The notes under the pieces were generated by a model. It was not told the DNA's origin and searched no databases. It was given only the letters and a program-made list of their open reading frames with translations. A DNA stretch of 64,000 nt from the human T2T-CHM13v2.0 reference genome, Homo sapiens: the NCBI RefSeq assembly GCF_009914755.1, contig NC_060929.1; one strand, 5' to 3'. Below are positions 46,801 through 64,000 of the stretch, piece after piece (the stretch's first letter is position 1; each line of letters opens with the position of its first letter). Made by a program: the position numbers and the translations under genes.

Positions 46801-46823
46801 GCATGCGCGCATGCGCGTGCGCG

Positions 46824-46875
<52 letters not shown>
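46801..46875. repeat. Alternating purine-pyrimidine tract: (GC/AT)-mixed head plus (TG)25
   Basis: gcatgcgcgcatgcgcgtgcgcgc then TG repeat 46825-46874. Confidence 0.95.
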
Positions 46876-46876
<1 letters not shown>

Positions 46877-48084
46877 TATTTTCTCAGCAAGGGTAAGGAT
46901 GATAGAAGAGGTGGGTAAATTGAAACTGAATCTATAAATCTATGAAAGAACTATACTTTAAAAGACCAAGAAGTTGGAATTTCACCCTATAGGTAGAAAA
47001 GATGTCATTGCACAGGAAGAGAAGGTCAAATTTGCGATGTGTTTAAGAATATATTCTGGCAGCAGCATAGTGAATGGATTTGAGAAAGGCAAAGCCAATG
47101 GAAAAGAAACTAATTTGGAGATTATCTTTGCCTTGTTCACAGTACCATATTATTTTTCCTAATCATTCACTGTCATCTGTTGTGTGGGTGACATATGGAA
47201 ATTGTAATTTGGAGTACGTCATTCACTTTAGATAGCAATAAAATAGCTTTCCTTCTTAAAACCCCAGTAATATAAAGGCTGGGTGGTTATAGTTTTGGTG
47301 TGCTGAGCACTCTGTGCCTTTCAGTCCACCAAATGCCCAGCTCCATTGCAGGAGCCAGGTCATGCGCCAGTCAACCACTGAGCATGGAAGAGAAAGCCCA
47401 AGGCTTCCATGCAGTCCTTCCTAGAACTCACCTCTGTGCTTGAATCCCACTGCCAAATCATCCACATGAGAAAGTCAAAAGCAGATTGGAGGAACAGATC
47501 TGCTTCTCAGAGGATTTTTCCTGCAGACCCTGCTCTTCTCAGAATCTCCCAACACCTAAGGCCACCCTTTTGAGGAAAAGACAGAAATACCTCATTCAGC
47601 AAGACAGGGAGTATGTGCATCATCAGGTGCAGAAAGAGCTGCAGATTCCCAATTAGAGGGCTTGGGAAGGTGGCCTGGTCAGGAACAGAGGGCTAGGGGT
47701 GGAAGCTGCATTTGAACAGTAAGCACATGGTTTTACTTTAGAATAGATATTAATTTGCGTGGGCTTTAATGGGGAAGGTGCTGAAATTTTGGTGCACTGA
47801 GGCTCACTTCCCAGAGCCACCCCTTGGTACCAGCACTAGGGGTGTGTGTATGGTTGTGTAAGAGTGTGTCTGCAATGACTTTGAGATTCTCCCCAAGGTA
47901 CAATGTATAGTTGGCTTGTAGTATAACAGAGTCATACAGACAATGAGTGGTAGACGGAGTTTTAGAGTTCATTTACTTATTTCATAAATGGTTACCATTC
48001 ATCTACTATGACTCTTTGTTAGGTACATGATCTAAAAAGATGACTAAGATATCTCATCAGTTAGGGACCAAGCACGTCACAATC

Positions 48085-48911
48085 AAATTAGTATAATTCG
48101 AGGAGAGCTTTTTGACAAAAGGACTATTTAAAACTGTGTGGTTCAGTTTAGGAGAACCTTAGAAAGTGGTACAGAGGAAAACCACAGCGGGGCACTCATG
48201 CTATGGTTTGAATGTTTGTGTTCCTCCAAAATTCCTATTGAAACGATCTCCAGTGCAATAGTATTAAGTGGTGGGGCCTTTAGGAGATGATCAGGCCGTG
48301 AGGGCTCTGCCCTTATGAATGAGATTACTGCCCTTATGAAAAGGTTTGAGGAGGTAGTCCCTTTTTGCCCTTTACCCTTCTGCCATATGAGAACACAGCA
48401 ACAAGGTGTCATCTATGGAGCGGAGAGCAAACCCTGACCAGATACTGAATCTGCTGGCGCCATGGTCTTGAGCTTCCCAGTCCCCAGAACTGTGAGAAAT
48501 AAATTTCTGTGGTTTATAAATTACCCAGTCTAAGGTATTTTGTTATAGCAGCTTGAGTAGCTTGAAACAAGTAGTTATCACCCCCTAGGCCTGAAGGGAT
48601 AACAAGGGAGAGTGGTCATTTAAATATGGAAGGAGAATATTGGAGAGTGCTGCCTTAAAGGAGAAGACCTTTAGTAAGGGACAGAGGAAACCCAAGGCAA
48701 CATCACAGGGAGGAAGCCAGGGGCATCAATACTCTGCCTCACTCTCCTTCCTTTCTCCCATCAACTGGGTCTTCTATTGGTCAAATCCCACTGAACGCAG
48801 AGGACAAGGGAGCCCTAGTAGGGTAGTCCATAGAGGTCAGTCTCCAGGACCAGAGTGCAGGGTGAGAGAGTGGAGTGGATCTGGGGAGACAAAGAGAAGA
48901 TACCTAGTACA
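48085..48911. mobile_element. Old MLT1-type LTR with nested MST/MLT1A-type LTR (48199-48570)
   Basis: Inner: tgctatggtttgaatg...aataaatttctg...tttgttatagcagc; outer 3' part: ggacaagggagcc...gtccatagaggtcag...tagtaca. Confidence 0.65.
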
Positions 48912-48973
48912 GACACCAATCCTTCCTATAAGAGGGCTCAGCCTAGTGAAAAAGCTCAACACATAAACCAATG

Positions 48974-49928
<955 letters not shown>

Positions 49929-50252
49929 TAATTGCAAAGAGCTGTTGTAGGTTATGCGATGTAGCTATAGTCACAGCACAGCAAGAGCACAGAGAATTAA
50001 GTAAACACATCTAAGGGATCAGGAAGGGCCTCACAGGGGAAGTGAAGTTTGAGATGTGCATTGAAGGGTAAATAAGAGTTCCCAAAAAGGAGAGGGTCTA
50101 GAAGGACATTTCAGGTGGAGAAATCAGCAGGCATAAAAATGCATCTTATTCCAACTTCTTCTCCTGCATTATTTTCATGTTACGTCTAGGACCCTTGAGG
50201 CCCAAACCAAGTGCTGGCCACAATCACGAGAGACAACTGAAGGAGTCAAGCA

Positions 50253-52875
<2,623 letters not shown>

Positions 52876-53557
52876 TTATTATGTACCAGACTCTGCTTAG
52901 TGTGTTACATTATCATTTCATATAACCTTCACAAGAATCTAAGGGATATACTTTTTTGTTTTGTTTTGTTTTGCTTTGTTTTGATACAGTGTTTTGCTCT
53001 GTTGCCCAGGCTGGAATGCAGCCGCACCATCTTTGCTCACTGCAACCTCCACCTCCTGGGCTCAAGCAATTCTCTTGCCTATAAAATGAGGCAATTTTGA
53101 GCAAGTGGTCAGGTTCTATCTACAGAATGGCCAATGTAAATTCTGTAACTGACCATCAAGTTTATCTTTTCCTGCCACCCACATAAATACTTAGAACCAA
53201 ATGTGTTAGCAAGCTCATAGCAGGTAGAGCTGTGATTGATTTTTGTTTTGTTTACATTTTGGTCTTATGTACATTCGATTCTCCATCTCATCTCTCTACT
53301 CTTTTCCTTCTTTTTAAAAAATTTCTTGCTGATTTTTAATTTTTTAACATAATGTATTCCTGTAACTTACATTTAATATGTTTTTAGAATAAGGTAGCAT
53401 ATTAGTAAACAAATGGACTTAGCTTGGAAGAGGGAAAGTGAGGCTGTATGAGATTGTGGTAAAAAGCATGGGTTTGACTTCACTACCTTGGGCAAATTAT
53501 TAAACCTTAATTGCCTCAATTATAAAAATGGGAAAAATGATTGTATTTTCCTTATAG

Positions 53558-53994
<437 letters not shown>

Positions 53995-55796
53995 ACTTGA
54001 AGCTTTTCTAAAACACAAGGTAATGTTGCCACATGGACAACACGTGGGCCACAGCTTTGCAAGTACCAAAGCAATTCTTATTGATATCCTCTACCATTTC
54101 ATTGCTGATGCACAGCTTGGGGTTGGATGTGAAGGAAATCTGAAGGCAGTAGACAGACAGCTATACATTTCAGTGGCAAAGTTTAAAAATGTCACCTATG
54201 GGTGTTCATTCCATCCATTTTTACTGAACTCCTGTTAAGTACCAGGCTCCAAGGATGCAATGGGAAAGCAAGACAGACATATCCCTGCTCCCTTAGATTT
54301 TATGGTCTCATGGTGGAATACAGGGAAGTGTGTTGACAATTATAATGCAGACTAATACGTGGGGTGATAGAGGGAGCCCAGGCAGCTAAGGACACATAGA
54401 CAACTAATCTCAAGCTAACCCAGACATGTAGGAATCTTGGAGGAAGCGACATCTAGAGGAATACCAGGAAGATGAACAGAACTTCATCAGGTAAACTGGG
54501 AAAAAGTGTGGAATGTGGAGGGAGGGAATGGGGGGACAGAAACTGCCATTGAAGAAGCCTTGCATGTACGAATGTCGAGCACAACAGAGAACACAGCAAG
54601 TTTGAGGAACTAAAAGCTGTTCCTTTTAGCTGAAGCACAGCAAGCTTGTTCACATGGAGAGATAGCTGCCAGCTCTTAAAGACCCTCTCCGGCCACTGGA
54701 GAGTTTGGGCTTCATCGGGGGGCAGTGGGGAGCTAGGGAAGTGCCTTAAGCCTGGGAGGGACGTGCCCTTTAACTCATGTAATTTTCCACATTCAGAGGG
54801 AAGTTGGAGAGCATCCAACTTACTTCACTTAACAGGTGAGGAAACAGGGGTGAGGCTCCTTGCCTAAGATCATTCTTCTGTTAGTTGCAAAACTAGAACC
54901 AAAAGGCAAGCCTCTGGATTTCCAACACAGTGGCTTCAAAAGACCATACTGCTCTCCTTTATACACAAATAGAACTCAGAGGTCGGAGTTATTTTTGCCT
55001 AAGATCTAACCAAATATATATGTAATAGTCTTTTCTGTTTTTAGGCAACTTGTTCCTGAAGGTGAAAAGACAGGGAAGGAACAACAGGGAGAAATACGTC
55101 TTCCAAAAAACTATACCATCTGCAATAATATGCCCCTTAGAATGAAAATCTGATTTATTGGGATTCTCATTGTTAAGTATTTGTAATCACTGAACTTGAA
55201 ATCCCAAGGATCACGGTGGAAAATGAAACATTTTTTAAAAAGGAAACCTCAGTTCTGTTTTTAAACCCATCCTCCACAAACACCCCCACAGCTTTTCACA
55301 CTGAACCAGGGAAGAAATGTATGTGTGTGTATATATATATATATATAAGTCATTTTTTTCCGAAATAGCAATTTGAATTGGAATTAGCGATTTAAGATCA
55401 AACCACAAGGAATTATGGATTCTGAGCACGTGGGAAATAAGGTGAGATCAGTAAAGGAAAGCAAAGGCTTCCACAAGTCCTTTGCTGGAGCTTGAATAAC
55501 GGGGCTCCTCCACAAATTGCCCTTATTAGGAACAGCTGAGTGATTAAGTATAAATTTGTGGGCCTTAGGAAACCACTCCTTATATCTACATACACTCCAC
55601 AATGTCTCAAATGTTTTCAAATTATTTACCCTGTAAGGTATAAAGGGCAACTGTTATTCCCTGTGTTGCAGATACGGTGACCTCTGTGGAGCAGAGTGGT
55701 GAAGTGACCTGCTCAGGTGTCTCAAGGTTAGAATTTGGTGCAGCCTGACTTCAGCCTGGTCTGAAGGCCTACCAGGCTGGATTTCAATGAGAATTG

Positions 55797-56222
55797 TTTC
55801 TTTCTCTTTTTCTTTTCTCTCTTTCTTTCTCTTCTTTCTTTCCTTCTCTTCTTTCTCTCTTTCTTTCTTTTTCTTTCTTCCTTTCTCTCTCTCTCTCTCC
55901 CCCCGTCTCTCTCTTTCATTCTTTTTTTTTTTTTTTGAGACAGAGTCTCACTCTGTCACCCAGTCTGGAGTGCGGCGCCAGGATCATAGCTCACTGTAGC
56001 CTCAATCTCCCAGGCTCAAGCAATCCTCCCACCTCAGCCTCCTGAGTAGCTGGGACAAAAGGTGGATGCCACCACACCCATCTATTTTTTTTTTTTTTTA
56101 ATTTTTAGTAGAGATGAAGTTTCGTTGAGTTGCCCAGGATGGTCTCCAATTCCTGAGCTCAAGCAATCCTCTCTCCTCGGCCTCCCAAAGTTTTGGTATT
56201 ACAGGTGTGAGCCACCGCTGGG
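55797..56222 (-). mobile_element. AluJ-type with expanded (CT/TTTC)-rich tail
   Basis: ~140-nt pyrimidine tract then reverse Alu. Confidence 0.9.
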
Positions 56223-56729
56223 CAGATAATTGCTTCTTTAAAGAGCCCGACACGGCAGATAAGCCTTGAAGAGAAAGGTACCTGTCCTCTCAGTGCTTCC
56301 TGCCACCTATTTGTCCGTTAGGCAATTCTTCCAGAATGAAGTTGAGGCAGGCCCCTGTAAAAGAGGTGGCAGCTTCAGGGACTCTTCTCCAGGGAACTGG
56401 AAGGGAGCGGAAGAACTTATTCTTAAGCGAAGGAGCCCTATCAGCGACCAAGCTCAATTGGTGGAAGGCCCCTTCCCCTAGCCCCAGTTGCATCTTCTGT
56501 CACTTCACCCTGCTCCTTCTCCTCAGAGCACTTTGGGCTGTAACTGGACGTTTGCTAGGTTAATTTACACCTGTTTCTCCTGGCAGGTGATAAAACTCCA
56601 AGGGGGCAGGACCCTGTCTTTTGTACACCAGTGCACACCCAAGTCCTGGCACGGTACTTGGAACAGGATAGGTAATCAATAAAGACTGGGTTGATAAAAG
56701 AGCACTTGGAAATCATGTGGGGCCAATAA

Positions 56730-57690
56730 GATCCGAACGCGGCCGAAGCTCTCGTCCTCGGGTTGCTGCAGGTGTGGTTCCCGGTGATGGAGGCCGTGGA
56801 AGAAGCCTTCCCTCCCTTTCCCGCCCCCAGGGCAGGAAGCCTGGGGGCTGAGCGGTCCTCCGAAACCGAGAGGCAGGTCCTGGGTGCGCCGGCGGTACAG
56901 CGGAGAGCGTGGAGAGACCCTCGCCGCAGCCATTTCCTGCCCTTTGTGTGACAGCCGCTGCGGCGAAGGGGCGGGCGCTGGGTGGGGGCGGAGCCGCGGC
57001 GGGCGGAGCAGCGGGGCCGGGGCGGGGCCGAGCGCGGCGCAGCGGAGCGGGGCAGAGCATCCTGCGCCCCGGCGCGGGGCCCTGCGGTAGCCTCAGGCCC
57101 CTCCCCTGGACCCGCCGCAGAGCCAGGTAAGCGGCCCTCGCAGGCCTCGGGCCGGGCACGGGGACTAGGATGCCGCCGGGGACGGGGATGAGGCCGTGAG
57201 GATGCGCGAAGGGCCGCCCCCTCTCCCGGCCCGCGGGGGGCGCTCGGCGCTGTGCCCGGGCTAGCCCGAGGCCCGGCCTCAGGCCCCACGCGGCCCCTTT
57301 CCCCCTCGGACCCACCGTGCGTCCCGCGGCACGGACCCTCTGCCCGGGAGGCGCGGGCACATCGCGGAGCTCCGGCGCGGCGGCGGGGGAGCCGCAGCAG
57401 CAGGTGCGCGGCCTGGGCCGGAGCCGCCAGCCCGGGAGGAGGCGGTGCTAATCTCAGGGACCGGAGACACCTGCAGCGGCCGGGAGCCCGGCAGCGGCGA
57501 CATCCTCGAGTCCAGGTACTGCAGAGCGCTGGCCCCTGCCTCTGCCGCCGTGACCACCGTCACCTCCCCCAGGGCCAGCGAGAGCCGCCTGGGCCCGCCT
57601 GGCAGCCGCCTCGGGCACACAGAACGTGTGATGGGTGGGGCGAGGGGCGCAGCGTCGATGTTTGGGGGCGGAGGGCTTTGATGAGAGAGG
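56730..57690. promoter_or_regulatory. CpG island promoter of CYFIP2 with GC boxes
   Basis: Abrupt GC- and CpG-rich segment; GGGGCGGGGC at 57019-57028 and further GGGCGG boxes; no TATA box. Confidence 0.92.
57040..57126 (+). other. CYFIP2: CYFIP2 non-coding first exon (start approximate)
   Basis: Strong donor GCCAG|gtaagc at 57126/57127 just downstream of the GC boxes. Gene identity comes from recalled ITK-CYFIP2 synteny on human 5q33 and recalled 5' UTR; no CYFIP2 coding sequence is in the window. Confidence 0.75.
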
Positions 57691-60600
57691 AGCAGGTCTG
57701 ACCCGCTTGGAAGCTTTCTGGCCTACACTAGCATCGCTCACCAAGCTGGCTGCGGGCACGGTGGAAGTGGGGGAAGGGGATGAGTGGGCTGACTCCTGGG
57801 GGAAAAGGTGGTTTTTTTCTTGAGCTCTGAAGAACCAGGAAGATGCTTGCCTGTCTGTTGTGGCGTCTACTTTTCAGGTCAGCCCTACCCCTCACCCCAA
57901 AGAACAGCCCACCTATGTGCAAAAGAAGAGGAGGAGGTGCTCTCTGCTTGGGGATGGGGGCAGGTAGCATGTTCCACATAAGTATGGCCCTCTATATCCA
58001 GAACCCGGCTGGAAAGGACACTGACAGCCCAGGTGCCTCCCCAGCACAGGGAATCTGATTTTGACCTTTGCTTGCCTACTTTCCCCAGCACAGTGGAAAC
58101 ACTCACCAGGGCTGATGAGCCATCAGCTGTCCTTCCAGCTAGGCCAAGAATGGGACAAGGATCTTTTTCTGCTAGTTCCTGGGTGCCTGTGCCCTCAGCA
58201 TGGGCAGGGAGACGGAGGCAGGCCTGCTGGCAGGAGGGGCAAATCAGGAGACTGTCGGTTCCTGTGTTCCCATTTCCTGCCTCCTGTCTGTGTCCCAGTT
58301 AGGGCAGTGGGTCTCACCTTACTCTTGGATACAGGCTGTGCCAGCAACCTGGGTCCCTGAGATCTTAGAGGGCAAAAATCAGGTCCATATCTTTGGGCAG
58401 GCCTGTGAAGGCCTTGATGGTTGCTTTCTCCACCATTAGACCCTCTCTCTGTGGCCCTCCTGGTGGCCTCCCACCTCCACTTCCATACAGTGCCCTGCCC
58501 TTCCCCCAGTCTCCAGTGTCAGAAATGGTTTTCAAGAAAGGAGCCAATGATTGTGTTTATCTTGAAGAGCTAAATACAAAAGAAGTTCCCATTTGATGCA
58601 GAGCAGGTGCTTTACAAGTCATTTGACCGGAAAAGAAACAGAGGATGGAGGCATTTTAATGGGAAACAAAGCTTTAATGGGAAACACTGTAGAAATATTT
58701 GCTATCACTAATGGTAGAATTTCAAACAGTGGGCTGGAAGTGGAGGTGGGGAGCTGGGTAGTTCTTTTGGGAACGGGTCCCTGAAATGACAATATCTAGC
58801 AGCTGTCAGCTCTGTATTTGGCAAGGGCAGCTTTGGCCCTGCAGGCAGGAATGCTGTAAGAGTGTGTATGCATGCATGTGCATGCGTGCATGTTTGTTTG
58901 ACTGGTCAGGTGTTACTGTCACCAGAAGGCATTTTTTGAGCACCCAGTGTCCACTTTCGGGATGAGAAACTTGTGTACACAGGGTTCCTCGTTGGCATTG
59001 GCTGCCCTTTGCCAAGGCAATTATTAGACCTCAAGAAGATAGTGTTGTTGCTTACAAAGTCAGTGCCTCTAGCTAGTTGTGCGCACTGAGCCTCTGGCTG
59101 GGGGCATTAGCTCTCTGCTCACTAAGCTTCTTTATTATATTTCCTGGCCAGTTCTGACCGGTTCTGTAGGCACCCAAGGCTGCCTTGTTCAGTCCCTGCT
59201 GGAAAATGAAAAAGGAAAAACTTGCTTTAGGCATTAGGCCAAGAGTCGGATGTACAACCCAGTGGGGTTGGAGAGTTTTACTCAAATCAGATGCTGGCCC
59301 AGAGAAGGAAGTAGACATGAATTCAAAAACCGGTAAAAGGCCCTGGTAGAACACTACATGACCCCTCTGATAAATCATGCCCTCTCTGATGTTCAGTGGC
59401 CTCTGCTGCTGTCATCAACCAGAAAGCTGAATGAGATGATGAATCGGCTACAAGCTAATTAACGGGAAAAGCGCTCCTGGAAAACAGTACGGGTCCCAGT
59501 CCCTACGTTTAAAGATTGGACTACACTCTCAACGCAGCTTCTTTGGACCACTGTTGGCCCCAGGGGTCCACCAAAAGCGTCACAAAATGGCCTTTTGTAG
59601 CCTCCATGTGGCCACCGTAACAATGAGTCTATTTCTTTACTGGCAAGTATTAATTATTCACTTGTAATTGACAAAGCCAGACATCAGTCACCTCACTGGA
59701 GTCTTTATGAAAGGCTTTTGGTCCTGTCATTCTGAGGAGCAAAGCCATGCCTAGGGTCCAGGGGATGGCCCCTGCATCAGTAGTGAGATGGTGGGAGAAG
59801 GGGGGCAGGCTGCTGCCTTCTTGGCAGTGAATGGAGGCAGGGGAGGAACTAGAATATCTTTGGATGCTCTTACTACCCAAGGGGTGCATGAAAGTGCCGA
59901 GCAGAATGCTTAGCACATAGTAAGTACTAGCATATTTATGTATTTATTGTTATAATGTATTAATTACATAATCATTAAGAATTTGGCTTATGTATGTAAT
60001 CAACCCTTGGCTATTACCAGCCCCTCTCCCTCCAGAGCTTTCCTGAATTTTGCTTTTTTGAGGGAAGTTGGTCTCTGTGACCAGTAAACCCAGCCCCAAG
60101 TTTACCGGCCGAAGGAAGGGAAAGTTAAGAGTGATAGGGCATGAAGTGAAAGGCTTCAGGTGGGAAGTGCTCTTAAGTAGCACAAGAGAGGTGGGTGGAA
60201 CCTGAGTAGGTAGGGAGAAGTGGGAGGGAACAAGCCAAGCAGAAGCCCAGGGCCATTCTCACATTTCAACACGTAGAGTTAAGGAAGGGCCTCTTCCTCT
60301 GTGAGAATTCAGCATTTTGCAACCATCCAAAAATGTTGAGGGCATGCTTTGCTTCCAGGGCAGACAGAGCAGCACAGTGAGCATGGGACACAGGATCCCT
60401 GACTTGCTGTGTGCCGTTAAACCAGCCACTACCTCTCTGACGTTCAAAATTGAGCAATGGAAGGCAGCCTGCCCAACTGTTACCTGCCTGTCATCATGAA
60501 AGCCTGCGGATGAGGTAATGTCTGTAAATCCCAGTCTGAGAAAAAAAAGCCGTGGAAATAGAGAAGGAGCCTCCTGAATGTGTGACTCTTTTGGGTAAAT

Positions 60601-63600
60601 GCCCTCCATTCCTTAAGAAACAATTTATTAATTATATATTGTGTGTCACTTTAAGAAGATGGATCTGTGGCCTCTCTGTACTGTTGAGCCAATGGGAAGC
60701 TTAAAGGCACTTTGTGATTCACAGATTCTGTCAAGGCCCCTGGATGGCCTTGTCTGTACAAAGACACTTCAGAATTCAGTCAGTGGGTATGGGACGCCTC
60801 CCAGGATGCAAAGAGCTTAGATATTGGCTTTCTAGCCATGGGCATTATGCTAAGGGCTGTGTGTGATGTACCTCAAAAAATAGCCATTTAAGCCATACTT
60901 GGGCCCTGGCAACAGAGGGTGCAAATTCTTGAAAGAAATTGTTTTGAGAAGGCAGAGCTTGAGTTCAGGCAGAATTTCTTGCAGGGATCATTCTGGTTGC
61001 GTGGCATTTTGATAGACTTTGGGCAACTCAGATACAGGCAGTGAGAGAGGGAAGTAAATAGGACCTTCTGGCGAGATGCCTGAGAAAGACCCAGTGATGA
61101 CTTCATCAGTAGACCTTTTGATTCTGTTTGCGTCATTATTTGGTCATTGTAGAGCAATGGTTCTTAGGCTTTAATCTCTAGGTAAAACAGAGGTGTGTTT
61201 AGTCTGTCCATGTTCTCTGTTTTCTAAGTAAGGCAGGAGGTGAGGTCCTCTGCAGGAAATAAAGGTGATGGACTGGTTAGGAAACTTCAGGAGACTTCAG
61301 GGTTTGGAACAGTTGCCTATGTGGGTGGAATAAGAAATAAACTGGGGAAGAATGAGAGAATTGTCTAACTTCACTGAAGGCCTGGCTGAGATCAAAGAGA
61401 ATTTGCAGGGCTGACCCTCAGAGAAGACATGCAGTAACTCTTAAGGAATATCCGAGAACTATTTTTGATTTGTGCTTTTAAAATATGATGCTTTAAGATT
61501 TGTTTTGGCAAGATATGAATGGCAAGATAAGAATTCAGAACTAGAGGTCAGCCCCCTATCTCCAAGTCTGTTATGCTTCCATATGGGAAAGAGAAATGAG
61601 GACCTGCTTCTTAGGGTTTGAAGTGGAAACTATACGACAGAAGGATTTTCTAAAGAACTCTCCTCAGATTCTTATATTGACAAGGCAGCCTTGGATATGG
61701 GACCTTAGAGAAGCATGATATTTTAACTTTCTTGTTAATTTTTTTAAACCAGAAGTTAAGAATTTTGGTCATTGGCTCATGCAGTCAACAAATCATTCAT
61801 GAAGTATTAATTAAGCAAGTAATTCCTGGTGTGTGCCTATCTCTGTGCTGGTTGCTATGGGTCAAACTCAGATAAGATGACTATCCTTGGCATTCTTAGC
61901 AATCCAAAGAATTAGTGAAATATAAAGCAGTTTGTCGTGCAGTTAAAAACTGTGGACTCTAGACTGTGAGTGCTAAGGGAGTGAGAGAAATAAAGGTCAT
62001 TAAGGGGCTTGGCTGGTCAGACCTTTGTGGAAAAGGCATGTCTTCATGTGGGCCATGATAGATCGGTAAGATTTGAGAAGGGAAGAAGACAGTCCATAAG
62101 GGAGTGGAGACAGTTTGAGCAAAGGCACAAAGGAAGAGTATCCTTGGACAGGTTTATTATGCCCTGTATACCTTGGCCACAGAGAATGGTCTGCATGATC
62201 CTTAACACATGTCTTTAAGGAAGCCCTTTGGATGGAATGTCTCAACTGTAGTCATGGTCATTTGCTTTAGTGTTGGGAGGGTCCTGAGAGAGGCCCAAAT
62301 CCAGTGATTCTTAACTGGTTGCTGTTGTGGTTTTTTTAGTACACAAAATGGACAATGTTGACATGCTGAACACATCAGCCCCCACAGCCAACCCCCCAAC
62401 TCTGCTCCATTCCTGCCACTCAAGGGAAGAGATGAACATGCAAGCAATAATATCACACAGAGATCTTGAACCCTCGCCTCACATACAATAAAATGTACCT
62501 TGTTTGCAAACCTCAGTGCTTAAGCTATTATTAGCACAAGTTACCCGCAATAACCTTCACAAGGCAGGTTTGGACATCATGGTTGAGAGAGAACCAAGGC
62601 TAACCTCCACATTTTACAGACAGAGAAATTTGCCCTTTTAGAGTGAGTGAAAATGTGATTTGGGGGCCTTTGTCTTCATACTGAGCCATGTTCGAGTTGT
62701 GGTTTCACATCGATGGAGCTGAGTTCCACGTGCTCCGATCTGGTGGCCAGACCTGAAGCCCTCCTCTTTGTTTCCGTAGCAGATGCATGGCTTCCCTTGT
62801 GAGTTTTAGCAGGTGCATCTGAGAGGCAGCTCCTCTCCCCACATACGCGTCATGTTGGTGTTCCTCATATGACAGCCCCAGGGCCCCAGCAGGAGCAAAT
62901 CAGCAAGCCACCTTGGTGGCATGACTTCCCCTCCTGAGAGCATGAGGCCGTTCCCCTGAGCTGCTGGTAGCCTGGTTTGGTGTCACCACAAAGGCCACCT
63001 CAACCTTAACAACACAGGAAGCAGCTGGGCAAAATGGCAAACGAAGGGGCAAGTCCTTTAGCCCCCACCAAGATCTTTTTCTCTGTCTACTCAGTCTACT
63101 CATAAACAACGAGGAGGATAGGCCTTCTCCAGTGGCCCAAGTCGAGGCTGACTTGATTTCTCGGCTCTGACTGCAGGTCCCCTGTGTGGAGAGAAGCTGT
63201 AGGTGATAGGGCCTCTGGTCCCGGAAGACAGGAGCAGGGGACTGAAACAACAAAGACCACCTTGCCAGTCAGTGCTGGGTACCGGCCAGGTGTCTGAACT
63301 GCTAACAAGGAGACTTTGGGTGGTTGTCTTCTAAAGCAAATTATTAAATTTTGATCAAAACGATATATACAAATGTTTTAAAAAATCAAATAGTATTGAA
63401 AGCCTTATAATGAAAAACAACCATCCAGCACCCACCCTCCCCTAGAGGCTGCCACTTTTAACTCACTGTTTCTTCTAGTAGCTGCCTCCAGATCTCTAAA
63501 TGATATGCTTACACTGCTGTTTCTCGATTTATCTATTCTGCACGTTGTCTATTTACTTCCTGCTGTGATGGATGGAGATTTCACTTTCTTACACCATCTC

Positions 63601-63716
63601 CCTCCCTCCCCTGCCCCCGTCTCTCAAGATAGGAAGAGCTCTATTTTAACCTAAATCAGGTTTAAAGTGTCTACATTATTAATATATATAAATGATGATC
63701 ACAGACAGCCAAGTAA

Positions 63717-64000
<284 letters not shown>

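Noticed and set aside
56555-57759. Long overlapping ORFs (244, 215, 149, 113 aa) on both strands
   Set aside because: Pro/Arg/Gly/Ala-rich, no recognisable domain, present in several frames at once; expected from stop-codon depletion in a CpG island.

Overview
Primate, almost certainly human, genomic DNA. The first ~46 kb holds coding exons 3-17 and the 3' UTR of ITK (IL2-inducible T-cell kinase, Tec family) on the + strand. All 15 exons have GT-AG boundaries and consistent phases, and they splice into an intact PH(end)-TH-SH3-SH2-kinase frame ending ...AESGL*. A ~10 kb intergenic segment rich in MaLR LTRs, Tigger4 and a decayed Tigger2 transposase follows. After it come a CpG island and non-coding first exon that I assign to CYFIP2 (from recalled gene order and 5' UTR), and the start of its first intron. 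Most long ORFs in the supplied track are Alu, L1 or GC-rich artefacts. I found no previously undescribed multi-gene system. The notable signals are small-scale: an Alu flanked by a ~160-bp direct repeat that ends at a canonical L1 endonuclease site; a ~50-bp TSD-flanked, AATAAA-bearing orphan insert upstream of exon 8; a dense AP-1/ETS/STAT motif cluster in intron 4; a MER1B inserted 13 nt into intron 10 that supplies cryptic donors; a twin-primed L1; nested elements with clean TSDs; and candidate alternative 5' exons of CYFIP2. Repeat subfamily names and repeat boundaries are by eye and approximate. Exon coordinates were counted base by base.
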